A DNA stretch of 55,703 bases from Candidatus Nanopelagicaceae bacterium (lineage in GTDB: Bacteria; Actinomycetota; Actinomycetes; Nanopelagicales; Nanopelagicaceae). Shown one piece after another: positions 17,677 through 27,962 of the stretch (within the stretch, counting starts at the first letter, position 1; each line of letters opens with the position of its first letter). Position numbers and translations under genes: made by a program. The stretch is from assembly GCA_947454425.1 (NCBI GenBank), contig CANGJV010000001.1, forward strand, positions 1 to 55,703. The letters are read 5' to 3'. The notes beneath the pieces were generated by a model. It was not told where the DNA came from and ran no database searches. It was given only the letters and a program-made list of their open reading frames with translations.

Positions 17677-18433
17677 GCAAGTTAAATCGCTGCTCTATCC
17701 CTTGTATGAGTGGCGAATTGTTAGCAATTTAGATTTCTCTAAGACGCCTCGCCATGTTGGTGTCACACTCGATGGCAATCGGCGCTGGGCTAAGCAAAAT
17801 CCTGATCCGACCGACCCTTACGGGCATAAGCGAGGGGCGCAGAAAATTGCCGATCTCCTCGGATGGTGCGAAGAAATGAAAGTTGAAGTTGTGACTCTCT
17901 GGATGCTCTCGACCGATAATTTCAAACGAACCCCAGAAGAGATTGAGACACTGATCGAGGTAATCAGCGGCATCGTCGATGACTTATCTGCTCGCCAGCG
18001 CTGGAGCATTAAGGCTGTGGGAGCCCTCGATGTATTGCCGGCCCCGCTGGCAGAAAAATTGGCATCACTTCCTGGCTGCCCAGATTCTCATTTACAGGTC
18101 AATGTTGCAATTGGATATGGCGGACGACGCGAGATTGTCGATGCCGCCAAAGGCTTTCTCACCGAGGCAGCAGCTGCCGGCAGATCTTTGGCCGAAGCCA
18201 CTGCCGAGCTTGATGCTGATGCAATTGCGCGACATCTCTATACCGCTGGCCAGCCAGATCCTGACTTATTGATTAGAACCTCTGGCGAGCAACGACTCGG
18301 TGGTTTCTTGCTCTGGCAATCTGCGCTCTCCGAGTTCTATTTCTGTGAGGCATATTGGCCAGATTTTCGTCGAGTCGATTTCTTACGTGCCCTCCGCGAT
18401 TACTCCTTAAGAAACCGCCGGCTAGGGAAGTAG
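17657..18433 (+). CDS. cis-isoprenyl diphosphate synthase (UppS family, Rv1086-like)
   Basis: HVGVTLDGNRRWA, PDLLIRTSGEQRLGGFLLWQS, C-terminal RRLGK. TTG 17657 start is inferred. Confidence 0.9.
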   Translation: MFNSIRRQVKSLLYPLYEWRIVSNLDFSKTPRHVGVTLDGNRRWAKQNPDPTDPYGHKRGAQKIADLLGWCEEMKVEVVTLWMLSTDNFKRTPEEIETLIEVISGIVDDLSARQRWSIKAVGALDVLPAPLAEKLASLPGCPDSHLQVNVAIGYGGRREIVDAAKGFLTEAAAAGRSLAEATAELDADAIARHLYTAGQPDPDLLIRTSGEQRLGGFLLWQSALSEFYFCEAYWPDFRRVDFLRALRDYSLRNRRLGK

Positions 18434-18560
18434 TTTGGGTAAGTAAACAGCAGATTACGTTTCAGATTTCTATCGCGTGTCGCTTCGGCTTTAGTGGAGA
18501 AGAGTTTTACAGTTTAGTTTCATAACTGAATAACCCTCCGACTTCAGACTGGTTGCCGAA

Positions 18561-19982
18561 TTGACTCCAAAGGAAAAAACTTCGCCGTCAAAGAAGAGCA
18601 TTAAAAGCCCTGCAAATAAAGGCGCAAAGAGTAAGACTCCCTCTGTGGTACAGGAAGGTAAGAGCAAAAAGAAGGTTGGGCGAAAGACCTAGGTCCTCGA
18701 CACCTCAGTATTGCTCGCAGACCCTGGTGCGATCTTTAGATTTGAAGAGCATGAAGTTGTCATCCCAATCGTTGTGATTGGTGAATTAGAAGGAAAGCGA
18801 AACCATCCCGAACTCGGCTTCTTTGCACGTTCTGCCCTTCGCAGCCTCGATGATTTACGAATTCAGCATGGCCGCCTCGATGCTCCCCTGCCGATTACTC
18901 CAGAGGGTGGCGAACTCTTTGTAGAGCTCAATCACAGCGATCACTCTTCGCTACCCGCCTCATTTATTCGCGAAGCATCCAATGACACTCGTATCTTGGC
19001 AGTGGCCAAGAACTTGATGGCAGATGGAAAAGAGGTTGTTCTTGTCACTAAAGATCTGCCACTTCGAGTCAAAGCCTCATCTGTTGGTGTTGAAGCGCAG
19101 GAGTATCTTGCAGAGTTAGTCTCGGCGAGCGGTTGGACTGGCATTGAGGAGATCGATGTTGGACACAGCACCATCGATGAGCTCTATTCATCTGGCTACT
19201 CAGAACATGAAGATGCCCACACCCTGCCAGTACATACTGGAATCGTCCTCCACTCTGAAAAGGGAAGTTCGCTTGCTCGTGTAACTCCCGATAAACGGTT
19301 ACAACTCGTACGGGGAGATCGATCCGCTTTTGGATTGCATGGTCGTTCGGCCGAGCAAAGAATTGCCCTCGACCTCTTATTGGATGAATCAATTGGAATC
19401 ATCTCACTCGGTGGCCGAGCTGGAACTGGAAAATCTGCCCTCGCCCTCTGCGCTGGTCTGGAAGCTGTGATGGAGAAGCGCCTTCATAAGAAGGTCGTGA
19501 TTTTCCGCCCGCTCTATCCTGTTGGTGGACAAGAGCTCGGATACCTTCCAGGAAGCGAAGGGGAGAAGATGTCCCCTTGGGCACAGGCGGTCTTCGATAC
19601 CTTGGGCGCTCTCGTCAGCCAAGATGTAATTGATGAAATTCTTGACCGCGGTCTCGTTGAAGTTTTACCGCTGACCCATATTCGAGGTCGCTCCCTCCAC
19701 GACTCATTTGTCATCGTTGATGAGGCGCAGTCGCTCGAGCGAGGCGTCTTGCTGACCGTCCTTTCGAGAATCGGCCAGAACTCCCGAGTGATCCTGACCC
19801 ACGATGTTGCCCAACGCGATAACTTGCGGGTCGGCCGCCATGATGGGGTCTTTGCAGTGGTCGAAACTTTGAAGGGCCACCCGCTCTTCGCCCACATCAC
19901 CTTGACCCGAAGCGAGCGCTCGCCGATTGCCGCCCTCGTCACCGAACTCCTTGAAGGAGTCGGCGGCGATTATGGCCAATAA
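18561..19982 (+). pseudogene. phoH2: PIN-PhoH protein PhoH2 with an in-frame TAG at 18690-18692 (pseudogene, readthrough or error); uninterrupted ORF 18711-19982
   Basis: [11 protein letters not shown] corresponds to the conserved PIN start (Y)VLDTSVL. PhoH motifs [13 protein letters not shown] and DEAQ are intact. Confidence 0.75.
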
Positions 19983-20138
19983 AGGCCCTCTTTAAATCTC
20001 ACAGTCACATATCGGACATTTAGGACTTTGCCCTATCTGACCTGCGCTTTTACTTTTCCCCAATTGCCAGAGTTCCTGAGAATTTACGACTCACGCAGGG
20101 GAAAATTTGCGACATCCCCTTGAGATTGCAACTCTATA

Positions 20139-20194
20139 GCCCGTCACGAGGAGCAAATCCTCGGTCGAGAGGGTAAAGGAGGTGAGTTACAACG
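20139..20194 (+). promoter_or_regulatory. Structured 5' leader with hairpin and strong SD upstream of the lytic transglycosylase
   Basis: CGAGGA-GCAAA-TCCTCG hairpin (20147-20163); AAGGAGGTGA at 20176-20185. Confidence 0.5.
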
Positions 20195-20755
20195 ATGGTA
20201 TTTAAAGAGATTGCTTCAAAGAAGCGCAAGGTCTGGTTCCTCGTTGGAGCGACCATCATTCTCACCGCCGCCCAGCCAACCGCTAATGGCCTCGACTTCC
20301 CAACGACGACTCGCCTCAACCTCCCAGATCGTCCGGCCGTTAGCCTGACCATCAGCCGTGATGTGGATTTCTATCAGAACAGCGCCCTGCCGATTTCAGA
20401 GATGGTCCGAGTAGCTCAGATTGCTCGCCAAGTTGAACTTGCCCGTGGCATGACCGGCGCCAAGTATGTCGCCCGAACCATTATGGCTTCGGATTATGCA
20501 TGGGGCGAGAAGCAGTACACCTGCCTCAATCGTCTCTGGACTCGAGAGAGCCACTGGAATTACAAGGCCCATAACAATCGCTCTGGCGCTCACGGTATTG
20601 CTCAGGCGTTACCTGCCTCAAAGATGGAGATCATTTCATCGGATTGGCGCACCAACCCTGTTACTCAGATTCGTTGGGGGCTGCATTACATCGACCTTCG
20701 CTACAACACCCCATGTGCGGCGCTCGCAAAGTTCAAGCGCTCGCATTACTACTAA
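20195..20755 (+). CDS. Secreted lytic transglycosylase (SLT-like)
   Basis: CLNRLWTRESHW catalytic ES, SGAHGIAQALP, NPVTQIRWGLHYI..RY.TPC; N-terminal signal/TM. Confidence 0.88.
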   Translation: MVFKEIASKKRKVWFLVGATIILTAAQPTANGLDFPTTTRLNLPDRPAVSLTISRDVDFYQNSALPISEMVRVAQIARQVELARGMTGAKYVARTIMASDYAWGEKQYTCLNRLWTRESHWNYKAHNNRSGAHGIAQALPASKMEIISSDWRTNPVTQIRWGLHYIDLRYNTPCAALAKFKRSHYY

Positions 20756-20766
20756 GCCTTTTCGCT

Positions 20767-22422
20767 TTAGAGCGGCTTAGCTGAAATCTGAAGCGGGCGC
20801 ATAGTCTCGGCAAAAAAGTCATTGCCCTTGTCATCGACAACTATAAATGCCGGAAAATCGACCACATCAATCTTCCAGACGGCTTCCATTCCTAGATCTT
20901 CAAAATCTAAGACTTCAACTTTCTTAATGCAATCTTGTGCAAGTCGCGCTGCAGGTCCACCGATTGATCCAAGATAGAAACCACCGTGCTTTGCACATGC
21001 ATCAGTAACCGCTTTTGATCTATTTCCCTTTGCCAGCATGACCAATGAACCTCCATGCGATTGGAAGTAGTCGACGTAAGAATCCATCCGGCCTGCTGTT
21101 GTTGGGCCAAATGAACCAGATGCATATCCGATCGGAGTCTTTGCAGGTCCTGCGTAATAAACGGCATACTTTTTTAAATATTCTGGCAGCGGCTTGCCTG
21201 CATCCAGCATCTCTTTAATGCGGGCATGAGCGATATCGCGCGCGACAACAATTGTGCCGGAAAGTGAGACGCGGGTCTTAACTGGATATTTTGAAAGCTC
21301 AGCTCGAACCACATCCATCGGCTGGTTGAGGTCAATTTTTACGACATTGTCATCTAGGTGAACATCGGTTGTCTCTGGCATAAAGTGAACGGGATCAGTC
21401 TCGAGCTGCTCAAGGAAGATACCGTCTTTAGTGATCTTTGCCTTTGCTTGGCGGTCGGCAGAGCAAGAGACCGCGATAGCAATTGGAAGCGATGCGCCAT
21501 GGCGAGGAAGGCGAACAACGCGTACATCGTGGCAGAAGTACTTGCCTCCGAATTGTGCACCAATTCCCAATGTGCGAGTGAGTTCTAGGACCTTTTGCTC
21601 AAGTTCGAGATCACGGAATCCGTGGCCGGTTGCGGCATCGCCGGAAGTCGGCAAGTTATCAAGGTAATGAGTAGAGGCAAGTTTGGAAGTCTTTACTGTG
21701 TGCTCTGCGCTCGTTCCACCAATCACAATTGCTAAGTGATAAGGAGGGCAGGCTGCAGTTCCAAGCGAACGTAACTTCTCATCTAACCAATTCATAAATG
21801 AAGTTGGATTAAGAACTGCTTTTGTCTCTTGATAGAGGAAAGATTTATTTGCGCTTCCTCCACCTTTTGCAATAAATAGGAAGTTGTACTCATCCTGGTG
21901 GTCGCTATCGGCGTAAATTTCAATTTGTGCCGGCAAGTTATTGCCAGTGTTCTTCTCTTCCCAAGTAGTGACAGGCGCCATTTGTGAGTAACGAAGATTT
22001 AATTTTGTATATGCATCATAAACACCTTGCGCAATCGCAACTTCATCCTTGGCTGGCGTCAATACATATTGACCCTTCTTGCCCATCACAATTGCGGTGC
22101 CGGTATCCTGACACATAGGCAGAACTCCACCGGCTGAGATATTGGCATTCTTAAGAAAGTCGAGTGCCACAAATCGATCGTTTGCTGATGCCTCAGGATC
22201 TTTAAGAATATTGGCGAGCTGCTGCAAATGTTCTGGACGAAGATAATGCGAAATATCGTGCATCGCTGTCTCAGTGAGTTTTGCAATCGCCTCGGGTGAT
22301 ATCTGTAAGAAATCTTTATCGCCATGTTTTACAACAGATACGCCTTCATTTCCAAGGAAGCGATATTGGGTCGTATCTTCACCAAGCGGCAGTAGATCAG
22401 AGTAAGAAAATGTGGGAGACAT
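20767..22422 (-). CDS. fumA: Class I fumarate hydratase
   Basis: [31 protein letters not shown] motifs. Confidence 0.95.
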   Translation of the reverse strand: MSPTFSYSDLLPLGEDTTQYRFLGNEGVSVVKHGDKDFLQISPEAIAKLTETAMHDISHYLRPEHLQQLANILKDPEASANDRFVALDFLKNANISAGGVLPMCQDTGTAIVMGKKGQYVLTPAKDEVAIAQGVYDAYTKLNLRYSQMAPVTTWEEKNTGNNLPAQIEIYADSDHQDEYNFLFIAKGGGSANKSFLYQETKAVLNPTSFMNWLDEKLRSLGTAACPPYHLAIVIGGTSAEHTVKTSKLASTHYLDNLPTSGDAATGHGFRDLELEQKVLELTRTLGIGAQFGGKYFCHDVRVVRLPRHGASLPIAIAVSCSADRQAKAKITKDGIFLEQLETDPVHFMPETTDVHLDDNVVKIDLNQPMDVVRAELSKYPVKTRVSLSGTIVVARDIAHARIKEMLDAGKPLPEYLKKYAVYYAGPAKTPIGYASGSFGPTTAGRMDSYVDYFQSHGGSLVMLAKGNRSKAVTDACAKHGGFYLGSIGGPAARLAQDCIKKVEVLDFEDLGMEAVWKIDVVDFPAFIVVDDKGNDFFAETMRPLQISAKPL

Positions 22423-22620
22423 TTACTGTGTCTCCTTCTTTGCAGTTGCCAACTTTGCTTTGGCGCCATCGAGCCACTCTTGGCAAATCTTTGCCAGCTC
22501 TTCGCCGCGCTCCCATAACTTGAGCGATTCCTCTAATGAGGCGCTGCCATCTTCTAGCGATTCCACAATTTCAGCGAGTTCATCACGCGCTGCTTCATAT
22601 GAGAGCTTCTTCTCGACCAT
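22423..22620 (-). CDS. xseB: Exodeoxyribonuclease VII small subunit
   Basis: SYEAARDEL..IV..LE.G..SLEESLKLWERG; leaderless TAGATT-N6-ATG. Confidence 0.95.
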   Translation of the reverse strand: MVEKKLSYEAARDELAEIVESLEDGSASLEESLKLWERGEELAKICQEWLDGAKAKLATAKKETQ

Positions 22621-22666
22621 GAGATAAATCTACTCCTTGCTTAGAGGGGGCTTAAGAGGTCGCAAG

Positions 22667-23863
22667 CTAGTTAACTGTGGCGCTGGTCTCGCCTTTAGCA
22701 ACCTTGATTGTCAGCAAATCGCCTGAACTGAGGAGCGAAGAGTCACGGATGACATCGCCTGTGGCGTTACGAACTACCGAATAGCCCCGGTCAAGAGTCG
22801 ACTGCGGGGATAGTGATCGCAAATGTGCAGTGATTGCCTTGAGCTCTTTTCGTTCTGCATCGACACTCGTCGCAAAACTGCGCAACGAGCGTTGCCGGAG
22901 ATCGTTTAACTCGTCGCTCAAAATGGTCAGGAATGCGCCGGGATCTTTCATCACCGGGCGGGATCTCAACTGTGCGATGAAGTTACTTTCATAATCAACA
23001 CGTGCGAAGAGCGCTCGGTATGCGCGGTCACGTAATTTTTCAATATTGCTTATCTCTTCTGCGATATCTGGCACAACTCGTTTAGCTGCATCAGTTGGCG
23101 TAGACGCCCGGTAATCAGCAACCAAGTCCAAGAGTGGAGAATCCTTTTCATGTCCGATTGCGCTGACAATTGGGGTGGTGCACTCGGCAGCTAGTCGAAT
23201 CAGAGTCTCATCGCTAAATGGCAGTAGATCTTCAAAGGATCCACCACCACGTGTAATGATGATGACATCTACTTCCGAATCTGCTTCAAGTTCGCGAAGC
23301 GCGGCAGAGACTTCGACTACAGCTGCAGCACCTTGGACCGTCACCTCACGGATTTCAAATTCGACTGCCGGCCAACGACGACGGGCATTTTCGACAACGT
23401 CTTTCTCTGCATCGGTATTTCGACCGCAGATGAGTCCAACTTTTCGTGGCAATAACGGAAGTGGGACTTTTCGATCCGCCGAGAAGAGTCCTTCTGCTGC
23501 TAATAGCGATTTCAACGCTTCTAACCGTGCCAATAATTCACCAACACCTACTTGGCGAATTTCTTTCGCAGCCATTGATAGCGTTCCAGATTTTGTATAC
23601 CAAGATGGTTTGGCGTAGATAACAACGCGGGCATTTGCCGCGAGCGGTTTTACTGCAGCGATTACGCTCTTATGGCACATCACTGAAATGCTCATATCTG
23701 CGCTGGTATCGCGCAATCGCATAAAGGCCATCATGCCGCTGCGTTCGTTCAGCTCTGCGATTTCGCCCTCAATCCAAATCGGACCGAGGCGGTCTACATA
23801 CTCTTTTATCGCTTCCGTGACGACGCGTACTGGCGCGGGAGAGTCACTTGAAGTTTCGAACAT
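22667..23863 (-). CDS. xseA: Exodeoxyribonuclease VII large subunit
   Basis: RGGGSFEDL, SAIGHEKD, STPTDAAK, LDRGYS motifs. Confidence 0.96.
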   Translation of the reverse strand: MFETSSDSPAPVRVVTEAIKEYVDRLGPIWIEGEIAELNERSGMMAFMRLRDTSADMSISVMCHKSVIAAVKPLAANARVVIYAKPSWYTKSGTLSMAAKEIRQVGVGELLARLEALKSLLAAEGLFSADRKVPLPLLPRKVGLICGRNTDAEKDVVENARRRWPAVEFEIREVTVQGAAAVVEVSAALRELEADSEVDVIIITRGGGSFEDLLPFSDETLIRLAAECTTPIVSAIGHEKDSPLLDLVADYRASTPTDAAKRVVPDIAEEISNIEKLRDRAYRALFARVDYESNFIAQLRSRPVMKDPGAFLTILSDELNDLRQRSLRSFATSVDAERKELKAITAHLRSLSPQSTLDRGYSVVRNATGDVIRDSSLLSSGDLLTIKVAKGETSATVN

Positions 23864-23888
23864 GAGGCAAGGCTAATAGACTGCACCC
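23864..23888. promoter_or_regulatory. Back-to-back leaderless promoters for xseA and ispH
   Basis: TAGCCT-N6-ATG on the minus strand and TAGACT-N6-ATG on the plus strand within a 25-nt gap. Confidence 0.65.
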
Positions 23889-24842
23889 ATGACCAAGAGA
23901 GTTTTGATCGCTGCGCCGCGTGGATATTGTGCCGGTGTAGACCGCGCCATCATCACCGTTGAGAAGTCACTCGAACTTTACGGCGCACCTCTCTATGTCC
24001 GAAAAGAGATTGTCCATAACAAGCATGTAGTAGCAACTCTCGAGGCACGCGGGGTCATCTTCGTCAACGAGACAGATGAAGTGCCAGAAGGAAAGACTGT
24101 CGTCTTCTCTGCTCACGGAGTGTCTCCGGCAGTGCATGCTGAAGCTGCTGCAAGAAATTTAAAAACAATCGACGCCACTTGTCCATTGGTGACAAAGGTC
24201 CACCATGAAGTTAAAAGATTTGCAGATGACGATACTGAGATTTTGCTGATCGGCCACGAGGGCCATGAGGAAGTTGAAGGAACAGCCGGTGAGGCACCTG
24301 GCAAGGTAAGAGTTATCGACGGCCTCGACGGCGCGCGCAATGTGCAGCCAACGCCTGGAAAGAATTTGATCTGGTTAAGTCAAACAACGTTGAGCGTTGA
24401 TGAGACGCTCGAATCTGTCGCAATTTTGAAGGAGCGGTTCCCTGAAATTGCATCACCGCCATCAGATGATATTTGTTACGCAACACAGAATCGCCAAGAG
24501 GCTATTCGCGGAATTGCCGCACAATCTGATCTCGTACTCGTTGTTGGTTCAACAAATTCTTCTAACTCAGTTCGCCTCGTGGAAGTTGCACTCGAATATG
24601 GCGCAAAGGCTGCCTATCTTGTCGATTACGCCGCTGAGGCAAAAGAGGAATGGCTAGTAGGCGTTGAGACTGTTGGCGTAACCAGCGGCGCATCAGTTCC
24701 AGAGATATTGGTACAAGATTTACTGAAATGGCTTGATCAGCATGGCTATCACAGCCAAGAAGAAGTTGAAGCGAAGAAAGAATCCCTCACCTTTGCACTT
24801 CCACAGAATCTTCGCGCTGAAATGAAAGCTTCAGGTAAGTAA
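23889..24842 (+). CDS. ispH: 4-hydroxy-3-methylbut-2-enyl diphosphate reductase
   Basis: [30 protein letters not shown] motifs. Confidence 0.97.
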   Translation: MTKRVLIAAPRGYCAGVDRAIITVEKSLELYGAPLYVRKEIVHNKHVVATLEARGVIFVNETDEVPEGKTVVFSAHGVSPAVHAEAAARNLKTIDATCPLVTKVHHEVKRFADDDTEILLIGHEGHEEVEGTAGEAPGKVRVIDGLDGARNVQPTPGKNLIWLSQTTLSVDETLESVAILKERFPEIASPPSDDICYATQNRQEAIRGIAAQSDLVLVVGSTNSSNSVRLVEVALEYGAKAAYLVDYAAEAKEEWLVGVETVGVTSGASVPEILVQDLLKWLDQHGYHSQEEVEAKKESLTFALPQNLRAEMKASGK

Positions 24843-25630
24843 TGCCAGAGTTAGTTGAGCTTGCACAAGGCCAGCTAGCAATAAATATCTTTGAGCCTTC
24901 TCAATATAAAGGCGATGCAATTTTGATACATGGATTTACTGGCAGCAAAGAAGATTTCGACTATATCGGCCCACTACTTGCCGAACGCGGATACCGAACT
25001 TACGTACCCGATATGCGCGGCATACATCAATCACCATGGTCAAGCGATGAATCAACTTATTCAATGGCTGCATATGCGCGTGATGTCATTGATATTGCTC
25101 GCCACTTCAATCTTCAATCACCACATCTTTTCGGCCACTCATATGGCGGCGCAGTTGCACAGCGGGCGGTGGTCGCAGAGCCAAATCGTTTTAAATCACT
25201 TACGCTCTTCTGCTCTGGTCCTCATGCACGTAAAAATCCTGGATTTTCAGAGATTGTTCTGGAGAAATTATCGGGAAAGAGCATGCAAGAAGGTTGGGAT
25301 CAATTTGCCGCCGAAATGTATGTAGGTCATAAACGTGAAGAATTAATGGGCAAGCGATGGCTGGCAAATGATGTTCGATCAATCCTGCGGCAGGCTCGCG
25401 AACTCGGTTCCTTTACCTCCGTAATCCCAGAAGTTGCAGCAACGAAAATTTCGACGCACATTATTTATGGTGAAAATGACGATGCTTGGCCGCTAGCAAT
25501 GCAGGATCAGATGGCGGCAGATTTATCGGCACCTGTGGCAGTCATCAAGGATGCTGGCCACTGCCCCAATGAAGATCAGCCAGAATCAAGCGTAAAAGCG
25601 ATTGCTAACTTCTGGGATTCTCTCGTCTAA
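24842..25630 (+). CDS. Alpha/beta fold hydrolase
   Basis: HGFTGSKEDF, GHSYGG, AGHCPN motifs. Confidence 0.88.
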   Translation: MPELVELAQGQLAINIFEPSQYKGDAILIHGFTGSKEDFDYIGPLLAERGYRTYVPDMRGIHQSPWSSDESTYSMAAYARDVIDIARHFNLQSPHLFGHSYGGAVAQRAVVAEPNRFKSLTLFCSGPHARKNPGFSEIVLEKLSGKSMQEGWDQFAAEMYVGHKREELMGKRWLANDVRSILRQARELGSFTSVIPEVAATKISTHIIYGENDDAWPLAMQDQMAADLSAPVAVIKDAGHCPNEDQPESSVKAIANFWDSLV

Positions 25631-25661
25631 AAAAGTCATCAATCTTTTGTAAACTCATCCC

Positions 25662-27527
25662 ATGAAACGCGTGGGGATACTTCTGCTGGCGCTCGCCGCA
25701 TTGACTCCATCGTTTCTCTCCCTCTATCACGCCAATGCCGCCACACTTTTAATTACTGTCGACCCAAATACATATTCTGGATCTGGAAATGTTATCGACT
25801 CAACTTCTGGACTATCTGGCACGCCCAGCAATGTCACTTACTCTGCGAGCACAAACTGTGGAGTTTTCTCATTTGCTGCCAACGGTCAAATTGCATTTCC
25901 TCAAACCAACTTTGGTTCTCAATTTTCAATCTCTGCTTGGGTAAAACCAAATGCAAGCGGTTCAAGTATTCAGACGTTAATTTCGAATGCGGGAGCAAAC
26001 CTGAATACCAATGGGTTTAAAGCTTATTGGAACTCCTGGCAAACCACAGACCGGAAGATGATTGTCGAAAACGGAAATGGTTCAGCGGGATCAGCAACAG
26101 TCTCAACTTCTGCTGTTGTCACTAATAGCGAGTGGCAGCACCTGGTATATACCTTCAATACATCTACCCGCGCGATAACAATGTATCGAAATGGAACAGC
26201 CGTCACTACAGATAGCACCTTGCTTGTTTCAAATCCAAATACTAATCAAGCATGGTGGCTGGGAGCCTTAGGTGGGAATTCCTATTACATGTATGCGCAA
26301 CTTGGAATTGTGAAGATCTATTCAACCGTGCTTACCTCTGCTGAAGTTACTTCAGATTACAACTCAACATCTGCACGCTATGCAGCAACTCCTACCTGCC
26401 CAACGCCTGCTGCTCCATCAAACTCAGTAGCCCCTTCAATCTCAGGTACAACAAGTTATGGTTCAATTTTAACTGCAGCTAACGGAACATGGAGTGGCTC
26501 TCCAACGGGATATACATATCAATGGGCTCGTGCCTCGACATCGTCTGGAACTTATTCAGATATCTCCGGTGCAACATCCCAGACTTACACACTTACCGCG
26601 GCAGATATTGGAAACTATCTCAAGGTAAATGTAACTGCAACAAATGCGGGAGGCAGTACTGCAGCTCTTTCATCGGCAACAGCGCAAATTTCTAAAGCAA
26701 CCCAAGCAACGCTCTCAGCATCTCTATCAGTAAGTAGTAAGACCTATCCTTATTCGCAGGCGCTTACAATCACACCATCAGGTGGTTCCGGAACTGGCGC
26801 CACCACTTACGCAGTTGTTGCAGGAGGAAGTGCAAGCGGGTGCTCGCTCTCTGATGCATCCGCAACCCCGACCTTAACTTCGACCAGCAATGGAACCTGT
26901 TTCATCCAAGCAACCAAAGCTGCAGATTCTAATTATTTAGAGGCCACGAGCGCTTCTGCGACGTTCACTTTCAATCGCGCGACGCCGACATCATTATCAA
27001 TCACCTCGACCTCGGGTATGTACACCCAGAACCTCTCACTCACAACCACTGGAGGACAGAGCAGTGCTAGCGACACATTCTCGGTGACTTCCGGCCCATG
27101 TACAGTTTCAGGTTCTCTCTTAACTCCGACTGCAAATGGCACCTGCTATGTAACCGCTTTTCGTGCAGCTGATAGCAATTTCAGCGCAACGAATTCGCCA
27201 TCTACCGCGATCTTTATTGCGAAGGCAGTTCCAAATCTCTCTTACTCATTGTCATCATCTCCGGTTTATCGTCAAACGACAACAATCTCTCTCACGGTCT
27301 CCACTGCTGGGAGTATCAAATTCTTACTTAATGATAAAGCGATCCCTGGATGCCAATCCAAGGTGGCAAATGCCGGAAATGGGTATATCGCAACGTGTAG
27401 TTGGAAGCCCGCAGCCCGCAGTTATGTAACACTGGCTATGCAGTTCACTCCTACAAATACAAGCTACTTCTCGGGTCGAATTAATGGACCAACGTATCTT
27501 GTTGCCGCTCGGGTAGGCACAAGATAA
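25662..27527 (+). CDS. Secreted surface protein: LamG/ConA-like domain, Ig-like repeats and a C-terminal Ig-like domain
   Basis: Signal peptide ending ANA; FSISAWVKP...WQHLVYTF...MYRNG LamG; GTWSGSPTGYTYQW; two GTC..(A/T)..AADSN repeats; leaderless TAAACT-N6-ATG. Confidence 0.78.
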   Translation: MKRVGILLLALAALTPSFLSLYHANAATLLITVDPNTYSGSGNVIDSTSGLSGTPSNVTYSASTNCGVFSFAANGQIAFPQTNFGSQFSISAWVKPNASGSSIQTLISNAGANLNTNGFKAYWNSWQTTDRKMIVENGNGSAGSATVSTSAVVTNSEWQHLVYTFNTSTRAITMYRNGTAVTTDSTLLVSNPNTNQAWWLGALGGNSYYMYAQLGIVKIYSTVLTSAEVTSDYNSTSARYAATPTCPTPAAPSNSVAPSISGTTSYGSILTAANGTWSGSPTGYTYQWARASTSSGTYSDISGATSQTYTLTAADIGNYLKVNVTATNAGGSTAALSSATAQISKATQATLSASLSVSSKTYPYSQALTITPSGGSGTGATTYAVVAGGSASGCSLSDASATPTLTSTSNGTCFIQATKAADSNYLEATSASATFTFNRATPTSLSITSTSGMYTQNLSLTTTGGQSSASDTFSVTSGPCTVSGSLLTPTANGTCYVTAFRAADSNFSATNSPSTAIFIAKAVPNLSYSLSSSPVYRQTTTISLTVSTAGSIKFLLNDKAIPGCQSKVANAGNGYIATCSWKPAARSYVTLAMQFTPTNTSYFSGRINGPTYLVAARVGTR

Positions 27528-27530
27528 AAA

Positions 27531-27959
27531 TTAAGTAGTGGCTCTCTTACCTTTTGAGGGACGGTTCTTCGCCTTCTCATTGAGAAATTGGTACCAGCCG
27601 TAGAGCGCTGCGATTATTAAAAATGGAGCCACGCTTGCAAGTGAGGCCACAAAATCAACTCCGACTCGCGAAATTTTGATGCCATCGGTCATCAAGGTAT
27701 AGAAAAGAACTACTACAGCCAATGCAATTGGGGGAGTTACCGCTGTTGCATAACGAGTACCAGTGCGGCCATATGCGACGCCCCCGTAAGTAGCAACGAT
27801 CAGAACAAGGCCGGTGAGAATTCCTGTCCCACCGCGCACGAATAGCTCTGCCAAAGTGAAGAAAGCAATTGCGATAAATTGAAAGAAGATGACTCCTTCA
27901 TTTTTTAGCCCAGGACCGGGAATGGTCGGTTTCTTTAAGACTGTGCTCTTATCAGCCAT
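27531..27959 (-). CDS. Membrane protein (DUF6542/Rv1111c-like)
   Basis: Four hydrophobic segments, AVTPP motif; synteny between ispH and ychF. Confidence 0.6.
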   Translation of the reverse strand: MADKSTVLKKPTIPGPGLKNEGVIFFQFIAIAFFTLAELFVRGGTGILTGLVLIVATYGGVAYGRTGTRYATAVTPPIALAVVVLFYTLMTDGIKISRVGVDFVASLASVAPFLIIAALYGWYQFLNEKAKNRPSKGKRATT

Positions 27960-27962
27960 TGC

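Noticed and set aside
11462-18692. Genome-wide reassignment of TAG as a sense codon
   Set aside because: TAG is the normal stop for many intact genes here (xseA, the prenyltransferase, copC, whiB7, ppx). The two internal TAGs appear to replace different residues and each is one substitution from a sense codon.
19983-20194. c-di-AMP (ydaO) riboswitch
   Set aside because: The expected conserved segments (GCUGAAUC, GGGGAACC, CAGCUAAC) are not recognisable; kept only as an unknown leader.
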